A stretch of DNA of 64,000 bases. Origin: an uncultured delta proteobacterium. GTDB lineage: Bacteria; Desulfobacterota; RBG-13-43-22. Position numbers and translations under genes: made by a program. The DNA lies in contig CAVUPH010000019.1 of NCBI GenBank assembly GCA_963743305.1, forward strand, positions 39,478 through 103,477, written 5' to 3'. Below are positions 37,033 through 45,908 of this stretch, piece after piece. Under the pieces are notes generated by a model. That model ran no database searches. It saw only the letters and a program-made list of their open reading frames with translations, and was not told where the DNA came from. Numbering within the stretch: position 1 is the stretch's first letter; each line of letters begins with the position of its first letter.

Positions 37033-39351
37033 ATGAAGATTGCCTTCATCTGTCCCTGGTACGGCAAGGACATCCCCGGGGGGGCCGAGGCCGAGTGCCG
37101 TCGCACGGTGGAGAACCTCCAGCAACGCGGCCTGGCCGTGGAGGTTTGGACGACCTGCGTACGGGATTTTGAGGGCGATTGGTCCCTCAATTATTACCGT
37201 CCCGGGGAGTACCGGGTGGAGGGGGTACCGGTTAAACGTTTTGCCGTCAGCCGCCGGAACGGAGAATTATTCGGCCGCTTGAACCAGCGGATCATGGCCG
37301 GGGAAGCGCTGCCCCGGGAGGAAGAAAAGCTTTTTCTGGAACACATGATCAACAGCCCCGGCCTGTATCAGCACCTGCAGCGGCAGGGACCCCGCTACCT
37401 GCTGGTTTTCATCCCCTACCTCTTCAGCACCACCTATTTCGGTTCCCGGATCCATCCCGAGCGCTCCTTCATTATTCCCTGCCTCCACGACGAAGGGTAT
37501 GCGCGACTGGCCCTGCTGCGGGAGGCCTATGGGCAGGTCAGGGGTCTGGTTTTTCACACCCGGGCCGAACAGCAACTGGGCCGGGAGCTTTTCGACCTTC
37601 CGGAAAACCGGGCCTTTTTACTGGGGGAAGGAATCGATACCGACCTCACCCCCGATCCCGAGCGTTTTCGCCTGAAATACCATCTTCAGGACCCGTACCT
37701 GCTCTATGCCGGGAGAAGGGATGCCGGTAAAAACACCCCGCTCCTGATGAATTATTTCGCCCTCTTTAAAAAGAGATTCCCCTCGCCCCTGCGCCTGGTC
37801 CTGATCGGGAATCTCCCGGTCCGGATCCCGGTGGAGCGCCGGGAAGATATCCTGGATTTCGGCTTCGTGCCCCGGCAGGACAAGATCGACGCCTATGGCG
37901 GGGCCGCCCTCTTCTGCCAGCCTTCGGTGATGGAAAGTTTTTCCATCGTGATCATGGAAGCCTGGCTGTGCGGGTCGCCGGTCCTGGTCAATGCCCATTG
38001 CCCGGTTACGGTGGAACATTGCGACCGCGGAGCAGGCGGGCTCTATTTCGGAGACTACCTGGAGTTTGAAGAATGTTTAAAAGAAATATTGGATCATCCG
38101 GACCGGGCCAACGCCTTGGCCCATAACGGACGACAATACGTGCTCGAAAATTTCCACTGGGACCGGGTGACGGAAAAATATATTCGTCTTTTTGCCGCCG
38201 CCTGGGAAGCCCTTGACCACCCTTCAGCGACCGATCTTCGGGAGACGCCCATGGCAAAATCCCCCCCCGCTCCGGCCAAAACAGCCATCCACCAGATGCT
38301 GCCCGATTTCAGCTACGGGGACGCCATCGGAAACGACGTTTTGGGAATCCAGAAAGTCCTCCGGGGCTGGGGCCTGGATTCGGAAATCTACGCCCAGCAT
38401 GTTCACCCCAAACTGGCCGGCGCCGCTCGTCCCTACTGGGAATACCAGGAGGTCAGCGGTTTCAACCGCCTGCTGATTTTTCATTTTTCCATCGGCTCGG
38501 AAGTGTCGGAATTCGTACGCCGCCTGCCGGACCGCAAGATCCTGCTTTATCATAACATCACCCCGCCCCATTTTTTTCGGGGTATCAACCCGGAAGTGGA
38601 GCGGCGCTGCGCCTTGGGGATCGAGGAGTTGAAGCTCCTGGCCCCGTATTTTGATTTAGGGTTGGGGGTCTCCGAATATAACCGGCAGGAACTGGAAAAG
38701 GCGGGATTTAAGAAAACAGGCGTTTTGCCTATTTTTTTGGACTTTCAAGACTATTATCTGGCTCCGGAGGAAGCGTTAAAAAGGGATCTGACCGACGGCC
38801 GGATCAACATTCTCCACGTGGGACGCATCGCCCCGCAGAAAAAAATCGAAGACCTGATTCGGGTTTTTTACCTGTTTCAAGCCCGCCACCGGCCGGACAG
38901 CCGCCTGATTCTGGTCGGCACCGACAACGGCATGCGCAACTATGGGCGGGCGCTCAGGAAGATGGCCGAGGAGTTGGGTCTCAAGGAAAAGGTAACTTTT
39001 GCCGGGTTCGCCACCTTCCGGGAATTGGTCACCTATTATTCCCAAGCCCAGGCCTATCTTTGTTTGAGCGAGCACGAGGGCTTCTGCGTCCCCTTGATGG
39101 AAAGCATGTTTTTCGGTCTGCCGGTAATCGCCTATTTAACCGGCGGCATCTCCGAGACCCTGGGTGGGGCCGGCATCGGTCTGAAGGAAAAAAACTGGGA
39201 AGAGATCGCCGAAACCCTGGCCTTGGTCATCGAGGACCCCTCTTTCCGGGAAGGAATCATCGCCGGCCAGAATGAACGTTTGAAGGACCTCAGTCTGGAG
39301 GCGAATAGTGCCCGTCTGCGGGTCTTGTTGGAGCCCTTTCTGGGGAAATAG
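37033..39351 (+). CDS. Two-domain GT4 glycosyltransferase
   Basis: GGAE, GR....KN, ESFSIVIMEAW; second domain GDAIGN, HNITP, VGRIAPQK, SEHEGFCVPLMESM. Confidence 0.9.
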   Translation: MKIAFICPWYGKDIPGGAEAECRRTVENLQQRGLAVEVWTTCVRDFEGDWSLNYYRPGEYRVEGVPVKRFAVSRRNGELFGRLNQRIMAGEALPREEEKLFLEHMINSPGLYQHLQRQGPRYLLVFIPYLFSTTYFGSRIHPERSFIIPCLHDEGYARLALLREAYGQVRGLVFHTRAEQQLGRELFDLPENRAFLLGEGIDTDLTPDPERFRLKYHLQDPYLLYAGRRDAGKNTPLLMNYFALFKKRFPSPLRLVLIGNLPVRIPVERREDILDFGFVPRQDKIDAYGGAALFCQPSVMESFSIVIMEAWLCGSPVLVNAHCPVTVEHCDRGAGGLYFGDYLEFEECLKEILDHPDRANALAHNGRQYVLENFHWDRVTEKYIRLFAAAWEALDHPSATDLRETPMAKSPPAPAKTAIHQMLPDFSYGDAIGNDVLGIQKVLRGWGLDSEIYAQHVHPKLAGAARPYWEYQEVSGFNRLLIFHFSIGSEVSEFVRRLPDRKILLYHNITPPHFFRGINPEVERRCALGIEELKLLAPYFDLGLGVSEYNRQELEKAGFKKTGVLPIFLDFQDYYLAPEEALKRDLTDGRINILHVGRIAPQKKIEDLIRVFYLFQARHRPDSRLILVGTDNGMRNYGRALRKMAEELGLKEKVTFAGFATFRELVTYYSQAQAYLCLSEHEGFCVPLMESMFFGLPVIAYLTGGISETLGGAGIGLKEKNWEEIAETLALVIEDPSFREGIIAGQNERLKDLSLEANSARLRVLLEPFLGK

Positions 39352-39355
39352 GTCC

Positions 39356-39821
39356 ATGAAAAAACTGAAGAGAACAGTATTCCCATCTCGACCTGGCTTA
39401 CCTCAAGGAAAGCCTGATCACCACCGGGCGCACCGGCAACCAGTTTCTCCGCTTTTCCCTGGTGGGCTCCAGCGGAGTGGTGGTCAACCTGGCCGTGTAC
39501 ACCCTGGCCATTTATGTTTTTAACCTCCATTACCTCCTGGCCGCGACCCTTTCTTTTTTGGTGGCCATGACCAACAATTTTCTCCTGAACCGCTATTGGA
39601 CCTTTAAGACCCACCAATCGGCCACCCAGGGGTTCGGGGGCCAGTACTTCAAATACTTCGTGGTCACCTTATTCGGGTATACGGTGAACATGATCCTCTT
39701 GTGGGTCTTTATTGACGGTTTTCATTGGGACAAGGTTTTTTCTCAGTTGGTGGCCATCCTGGTAACCACCCTGAGTAATTTTATCGGCAGCAAGATGTGG
39801 GCCTTCAAGGCCGGTAATTAA
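39356..39821 (+). CDS. GtrA family lipid-linked sugar flippase-like protein, +1 frameshift near 39383
   Basis: QFLRFSLVG..G..VN, NNFLLNRYWTF, NFIGSKMWAF. Confidence 0.85.
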
Positions 39822-39848
39822 TCAATTGGAAACCCCTAATTATTAACC

Positions 39849-40175
39849 CTATCGCCAGTGGCCCGGCCTCCAGCCCCAACCCCGAGGACCGGTATGATGC
39901 CAGTAGCCCGGCGCCCAAACTGCGCCATATCGGGGAGGCCGGTCCCAGTACCCTCGGTTCCAGGCCCAGCCGCGGCCGCTATAACCCCAATAACCGCCAA
40001 GCCAGACCGCCCCGGGGTAGGGAATCGCCGGAACGACTTCCACCAGGGGTTCCGGCGGGGGACCCGGGGCGTAGATCCCGTCCATGGGTGGCGGCCCGGG
40101 CACGTAAGCCAGGCAGCCGACCAGAGCTACAGCGGCGAATATCGAGAACAGTAAAAATAAAAGGTTCTTTTTCAT
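39849..40175 (-). CDS. YXWGXW-repeat lipoprotein
   Basis: Lipobox LVGC; PPP..EV.P..P.PG.VW..GYW repeats. Confidence 0.85.
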   Translation of the reverse strand: MKKNLLFLLFSIFAAVALVGCLAYVPGPPPMDGIYAPGPPPEPLVEVVPAIPYPGAVWLGGYWGYSGRGWAWNRGYWDRPPRYGAVWAPGYWHHTGPRGWGWRPGHWR

Positions 40176-40904
40176 ATTTGTCCTCCTTTTTGGATTAGAC
40201 CGGCCTAAAACTGGATAGGTTAAAAAATAGAATAGTACGACTTCCTGCCTTCATATTTTTTCTCCATTTGACCAACGGCTTTTTTGATTATCTCAACCTA
40301 CCGATCCGGTTCAATCAACTTTTAGCGATCTGCCGACCTGGTCTCCAGGCCCTTTGGGCTGAATACCGGGCTGCCCAGTCCATCGACTCAACCACCACTT
40401 CAGAGACCTCATCCTTGATGACCCGAACCATCGGTTGAAGTCTCTTTTTAAAGTCATAATCCGTTAGGGATCATCTCCCGATTGGACTTCCTGAAATGTT
40501 GTAAGTTACATTTGAGAGATATCCGAAGAGTACAAACTATAATAAAAAAACAGCTTGATTTTTTAGGAAAACTTAAATAGAATTTTAAGTATATGTCATT
40601 ATAGCTTTTTCCTGCGTAGTTAATCCCTATCAAGGGAGTACTTTTGGAAGAACACTAGAACCCAATATCTTAACAAGAATTGGGTTTTTTTGTTTGGTGA
40701 CCAACAAATAATAGCCTCAAGCAAAAATGATCTCCAGAGATATACTGCCACCCAAAACGAAAGGAGGATAGGTCATGAAACTTTTAATATTTGATACTCT
40801 GCTATTACCTCCTTCAACATTATACCTTATTTCTATACCAGCGGTTAACAAACCCCTGTTTCCAAACTAGTGCCATTTTTGCCTTGGAATGGAGGAAAAT
40901 ACAG

Positions 40905-41180
40905 ATGAAGGGCTATAAAAAGAAATTTGGCATTTTAGTCACAAACTTTCTGATCATAATAGTCTTGTCCGCCACCACCCAGGCCCAGCCTTATACTATT
41001 ACCGGGTGGACGGCAGGTGGGGGAGGTGGAAACAGCACCGGCGGCGAATATTCAATATCTGGAACAATTGGCCAGCGCGATGCCGGCAACCTGGCTGGCG
41101 GCGATTACACGTTGGCAGGCGGCTTTTGGAGTCTGGAACTGTTCAACCTTGTTTATTTGCCCTTGATCCTTAAACAATAA
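40905..41180 (+). CDS. Small secreted protein with C-terminal VYLPLILK motif
   Basis: GGAGG RBS, signal peptide, GGGG.STGG.Y..SGTIGQ.DAG...GG.Y.L.GGFW. Confidence 0.75.
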   Translation: MKGYKKKFGILVTNFLIIIVLSATTQAQPYTITGWTAGGGGGNSTGGEYSISGTIGQRDAGNLAGGDYTLAGGFWSLELFNLVYLPLILKQ

Positions 41181-41293
41181 TTCCGATCGCCAATCCGTCT
41201 AAAGTAGCCTCTCAAGACGGATTGACTGGTATCAGAAAATGGAATTGACAAGACGAGGTGATTCTACTATCAATTGTTAAATTACCAAAATAA

Positions 41294-42337
41294 ATGAAGA
41301 AAGGGAAAGTTATGACTAGAAAAACTGCCTTTTTTAGTTTGTTTTGCTTCTTATTTTTATTTTCTGGGATCGTTGGCGCCCAAGATACCATCACGCTTGA
41401 CACGGTCTATTCAGACAACACGGTCTTTAACCATTTCCACGGCTTAGCTAATTCATACACTATGGCAGCTGCGCTGCTCGACACAACGGCTGCCAATAGA
41501 ACCGTTTCCATCGGAAATCTTCCGGCCATATCCCCCAATGACACAAAGACCTTGACCTATTTGTCAGGCTGGAGTGCCTTAGTCCCTTATCTTTACGCTG
41601 CATCTTTCCTTCCGCCCACATATCCCGCTCCGGGGGCCCTATGGGAAAACAGACCTTTTCAATTCAATATCGCAGAAACCGGGCAAACGATTGCTCCCTT
41701 TACTATTCCCTCTGGCACCCTATTCCAAATGGATCCGCCCAATGTTTCGATAACCGGGGGCAAACATCCGACCATTACTTGGGGTCATGTAAACGGGGCT
41801 ACCAAATACCGGGTCCGATTCTACCCTTTAAATTCCTCAGGTAATCCTAATATCTCGGTTTTGCTTTTTCAGACTATCATCGATGATATCGGACCCGGTA
41901 ATTACTCCTATACCTACCAGGGAACCCTGTTCGAAACCAATGTCTCCCTGGCTGTCAGCGTCGAGGCCTACGATAACCCGGGAACAGCCACCTATTTCTT
42001 CAATCGATCCAGGGCTATCTCACCCTATCCCTATCCAGTCTATTTGCCTCTTGTTGTGTCCAGCATAAATTCATTAGTAGGAACATGGAATTTTGTCAAT
42101 TGCACTGGTTCTTGTAGTGCGGTACCAAATCAACTTGTTTTTAATGCAAATGGAACAGGGACCGCTTCGGGTCCTGGAGGTGGACCCTTTACCTGGACAT
42201 TGTCTGGAAATCAATTAACCCTTAACCCTACGAGTGGCAATATGAATGCTGCGGATATAAACTGGATAGATAATAACAACTTTATTGCAACCTTAGTAGT
42301 CGGAGGGAATAATCAAACTACTTGGAAAAGGGCATAG
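41294..42337 (+). CDS. Secreted beta-rich protein with internal VYLPLV motif and C-terminal lipocalin-like (LVGTW) domain
   Basis: Signal peptide VGA-Q; Thr/Asn/Gly-rich; low-GC coding sequence. Confidence 0.7.
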   Translation: MKKGKVMTRKTAFFSLFCFLFLFSGIVGAQDTITLDTVYSDNTVFNHFHGLANSYTMAAALLDTTAANRTVSIGNLPAISPNDTKTLTYLSGWSALVPYLYAASFLPPTYPAPGALWENRPFQFNIAETGQTIAPFTIPSGTLFQMDPPNVSITGGKHPTITWGHVNGATKYRVRFYPLNSSGNPNISVLLFQTIIDDIGPGNYSYTYQGTLFETNVSLAVSVEAYDNPGTATYFFNRSRAISPYPYPVYLPLVVSSINSLVGTWNFVNCTGSCSAVPNQLVFNANGTGTASGPGGGPFTWTLSGNQLTLNPTSGNMNAADINWIDNNNFIATLVVGGNNQTTWKRA

Positions 42338-42483
42338 GTTTGATGGCTAAGATGAATAGCTTCAGGCAAAGAAGCGGTTTTGATAATACTCGGCGGAGCT
42401 AACGTCTTCTACTAAAAATTGGGAGCTCATTAAAGACCCGAAATATAATAAAATTAGATAAGAGAAATAGTTTCGTCTTTCCT

Positions 42484-42513
42484 AAGGCAGGGTCAAATGG
42501 TCCTGCCTTTTTT
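42484..42513 (+). terminator. Intrinsic terminator
   Basis: AAGGCAGG...CCTGCCTT followed by a T-tract. Confidence 0.7.
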
Positions 42514-42624
42514 ATGCATATTTCGAATAAGCTTCAATTTTTTCGAACCGTCGGGTCAACTAGAGGGAGTAACCATTGCCAACTAATTAGAATTATTTAT
42601 CATTTTTCGTATCCAGCCCCAAAA

Positions 42625-42912
42625 TCAGGAAGCGCTCAACTCGCTCTTGATTTTCTCGGATAACCAATGGCGGATCAGGGTCTGGTAGGGCAGGGATTTG
42701 GTGGTCGCTAATTTCCGGATCATCTGAATTTGGATCGGATCCATCTTGATGGTTATATTTTTAAGTTTCTTGGCCCTGCTGCCGGCCAGAATTTCCTTTT
42801 GGAGTTCCGGATCCAGGCTGAAACGGACGGGTTTTTCCAAGAGTTCCTCAAGAATATCGGAATGGTCATAATAATCCGGCCAATTTTCCATCTGTTTTTC
42901 AGTTTTGCCCAT
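42625..42912 (-). CDS. BrnA/CopG-like antitoxin
   Basis: C-terminal RHH ITIKMDP..IRKLA..KSLPYQTLIR.WL.E; immediately downstream of brnT. Confidence 0.85.
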   Translation of the reverse strand: MGKTEKQMENWPDYYDHSDILEELLEKPVRFSLDPELQKEILAGSRAKKLKNITIKMDPIQIQMIRKLATTKSLPYQTLIRHWLSEKIKSELSAS

Positions 42913-42915
42913 AAC

Positions 42916-43215
42916 TTACCTCTGAGTCCTTTTAAAATACCTGACTTCCGCCGGTTTCATGTCCCAACCGATGATGATACGCACGATATTCTTAGGTTTT
43001 ACTTCAAAAACTACGACCAGGTATCTCCCGCCCTCAGTAAACCCAAAAGCCGCATAATGACCTTTTCGAGTTTTCCGGCAAAGCGGTTGATTCAAAAAAA
43101 CCTCCTCCGCTTCCTCCGTCGTAATTCCGTGCCCCAGTTCCAGATGGAGGGCGTTGCCCTCGTCCCATTCAAATTCGGATATTCGCAACCGGCACCTCAC
43201 CCTTAAGTCATACAT
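42916..43215 (-). CDS. BrnT family ribonuclease toxin
   Basis: FEWDEGN..H...HGIT.EEAEEVF, G.T..GRYL.VVF, RII. Confidence 0.85.
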   Translation of the reverse strand: MYDLRVRCRLRISEFEWDEGNALHLELGHGITTEEAEEVFLNQPLCRKTRKGHYAAFGFTEGGRYLVVVFEVKPKNIVRIIIGWDMKPAEVRYFKRTQR

Positions 43216-43384
43216 AGTATGACGAAATTATTTATAAAATCAAGAAATTTTTGTTCGCCGAATAGAAGCTCCGACCAATTTCCAATTCGAAAAGAAATTA
43301 ATGGTTCCAAAGCCCCTTAATCATGGTATAAATAAGTCCAAAATCCATCATCGGCTGACTTCCTCGGGGAGGTAAAGGAGCGTT

Positions 43385-44626
43385 ATGCCTCACTCCAAAA
43401 TCCATTACGGCTGGGTCGTGGTCTTCACCGGCCTGCTGGTGACCATCGGCGCCCATGGGTTCGGGCGCATGTCCTATACCTTGATCCTGCCGGCCATGAA
43501 GGATGGGCTTCAGCTCAACTACACCCAATTGGGACTGATCGGGACCGGCAATTTTATCGGCTACCTGATCATGGCCATCATCGGCGGGGCCTTGGCCGCC
43601 CGTCTGGGTTCCCGGCTGGTTATCTGCCTGGCCTTGACCCTGATGGGGGTCACCATGATCCTCACCGGATTGGCTCAGAATTTTCAAACCGCTTTCCTCC
43701 TTCGCTTGTTGACCGGACTGGGTCACGGGTCCTCTTATGTGCCGGCTATGGCCTTGGGATCGGCCTGGTTCGTAATGAAACGCCGGGGGTTTGCCACCGG
43801 GATCGTTTCCGCCGGTATCGGGGGCGGGACGATGATCGCCAGCTTTATTGTCCCTTTGGCCTTAAAGGCTTATGGCATCGAAGGCTGGCGCTACGCCTGG
43901 TACTTTCTGGGAGCGGCCGTCCTGGTGATTGCGGCCGTGGCCGGCCTTTTGATCCGCAGTCGCCCGGATGAACTGGGACTACACCCGGTGGGGGCCGAGG
44001 CGGATCCCACGGCCGGATCACTCCCCAAGTCGGCCTCGACCTCCCTGGACTGGGGCCTGGTTTACCGCAAAGGGCGCATCTGGTATCTGGGGCTGGTTTA
44101 CTCTTTATATGGTTTTTCCTATATCATCTACATGACCTTTTTTGCCGCCTACCTGGTGAAGGAAATCGGTTGGACCCCGGCGGTCGCCAGCGGGCTCTGG
44201 GCTCTGGTGGGGGGCATCAGCATTTTTTGCGGAGTGATCTGGGGCGGCATTTCCGACCGCCTGGGAAGAGCCCGGGGGATGGCCCTGGCCTACGGCTTAC
44301 TGGCCGCCAGTTACCTGATTTTCGCCCTGATGAAATCCGGCACCGGCTTTTATGTCTCGGCCGTCCTTTTCGGATTATGCGCCTGGAGCATTCCGACGAT
44401 TATGGCCGCCACCGCCGGGGATTTTGTCGGCCCTCAGATGGCCCCGGCCGGCCTGGGATTTATCACCCTCTTTTTCGGCTTGGGGCAAGCCCTGGGTCCT
44501 TCCCTCGGCGGCTACCTGGCCGACTTGTCCCAGTCCTTTACCGGGCCGTTCCTGCTGGCCGCCGTCGTCTCCCTGGCCGGCGGCCTGCTGTCCCTGGGCC
44601 TCAGGCCTCCCGCCCGGGAGGGTTAA
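43385..44626 (+). CDS. MFS transporter (YbfB/YjiJ-like)
   Basis: 12 TM, GFGRMSYTLILPAM, N..GYL, G.ISDRLGR. Confidence 0.9.
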   Translation: MPHSKIHYGWVVVFTGLLVTIGAHGFGRMSYTLILPAMKDGLQLNYTQLGLIGTGNFIGYLIMAIIGGALAARLGSRLVICLALTLMGVTMILTGLAQNFQTAFLLRLLTGLGHGSSYVPAMALGSAWFVMKRRGFATGIVSAGIGGGTMIASFIVPLALKAYGIEGWRYAWYFLGAAVLVIAAVAGLLIRSRPDELGLHPVGAEADPTAGSLPKSASTSLDWGLVYRKGRIWYLGLVYSLYGFSYIIYMTFFAAYLVKEIGWTPAVASGLWALVGGISIFCGVIWGGISDRLGRARGMALAYGLLAASYLIFALMKSGTGFYVSAVLFGLCAWSIPTIMAATAGDFVGPQMAPAGLGFITLFFGLGQALGPSLGGYLADLSQSFTGPFLLAAVVSLAGGLLSLGLRPPAREG

Positions 44627-44759
44627 ATTAATAATATCAAAACCAAAAGGTGTATATCTAGCTGTAATAATTAATAATTGATAAGTAATTATTATTTATT
44701 AATTATTAATACTGACCCCAGAAAAGCCCGATTATTAAATGTAACCAAATAGGATTTTT

Positions 44760-45908
44760 ATGAAACGATACCCAGTGATTCTTATTTTCATGGTATTTCT
44801 GACGGGGGGCACCCTTTTAGTTAACGGTTGCGGCGCTGATAAACAAAACGATGCCGCCAAGGGGCGGCGTGACCGGCCGGTGCCGGTCTCCGTCAGTCCC
44901 GTACTCCAGGAGACCATCCCGGTGGAGATTTCCGGCATCGGCAACGCCGAAGCCCATTCCACCGTGTCCGTCAAATCGCGTATCGGCGGTGAACTGAAAA
45001 AAATCCACTTTCGGGAGGGCCAGGAAGTCCGTCAGGGAGACCTGATTTTTACCATCGACCCCCAACCCTACGAAGCCGCCCTGAAACAAGCCCAGGCCAA
45101 TCTGGCCCGGACGGCGGCCTTGGCCAAGAAAGCGGAAGAGGACCTGCGACGGTATCAGGACCTGATCCGGAAGGAATACATCAGCCAGGAACAGTTTGAC
45201 CAGGCCAAGGCCAATTCCGACGTTCAGACGGCGGCCCTCAAAGCCGATCAGGCGGCGGTGGATAATGCCCGCCTGAATCTGAGTTATTGTTTTATCCACG
45301 CCCCGTTGACCGGGGTGACCGGCAGCCTGTTGTTCAATCAGGGGGCCCAAATTAAGGCCAATGACGACAAGGCCATGGTCACCATCAACCGGGTTCAACC
45401 CATCTACGTCAGTTTCTCCGTACCCGAGCAATACCTTTCCGAGATAAAGAAATATTCGGCCCGGGGACCGTTGAAGGTTAGGGCTTCCGTGGACAACGGC
45501 GTCAAGACGGCGGAGGAGGGTCTGCTGACTTTTGTCGACAATGCCGTGGACCAGACCACCGGAACGATCCGTCTCAAGGCCACCTTCGACAATAAGAATA
45601 AAAAGCTCTGGCCGGGTCAATTCCTGCGGATCTCCCTGGCTTTGAGCGCGCAGGCCGACGCCATCGTCGTACCTTCTCAGGCCATCCAGACCGGCGTCCA
45701 GGGACAATACGTTTTTGTGGCCACTCCCGAGGAGAAAGCCGAAACCCGGCCGGTGGTGACGGGGAGGAATTTTGACGGACAAACGGTTATCGAAAAAGGC
45801 CTGAAGGCCGGAGAACAGGTGGTCACCGACGGGCAGTTTCAGCTCGTTTCCGGCAGTAGGCTGCAGATCAAGCAGGCGGTAAACGTTCCCGGAGTACAGC
45901 GCCCATGA
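44760..45908 (+). CDS. RND efflux periplasmic adaptor (MdtA-like lipoprotein)
   Basis: Lipobox NGC, EGQEVRQGD..F.IDP, AP..G..G, DNAVDQTTGTIRLKA, LWPGQF. Confidence 0.92.
   Translation: MKRYPVILIFMVFLTGGTLLVNGCGADKQNDAAKGRRDRPVPVSVSPVLQETIPVEISGIGNAEAHSTVSVKSRIGGELKKIHFREGQEVRQGDLIFTIDPQPYEAALKQAQANLARTAALAKKAEEDLRRYQDLIRKEYISQEQFDQAKANSDVQTAALKADQAAVDNARLNLSYCFIHAPLTGVTGSLLFNQGAQIKANDDKAMVTINRVQPIYVSFSVPEQYLSEIKKYSARGPLKVRASVDNGVKTAEEGLLTFVDNAVDQTTGTIRLKATFDNKNKKLWPGQFLRISLALSAQADAIVVPSQAIQTGVQGQYVFVATPEEKAETRPVVTGRNFDGQTVIEKGLKAGEQVVTDGQFQLVSGSRLQIKQAVNVPGVQRP

Noticed and set aside
40300-40480. Short minus-strand reading frames upstream of the lipoprotein gene
   Set aside because: No recognisable homology or translation signals
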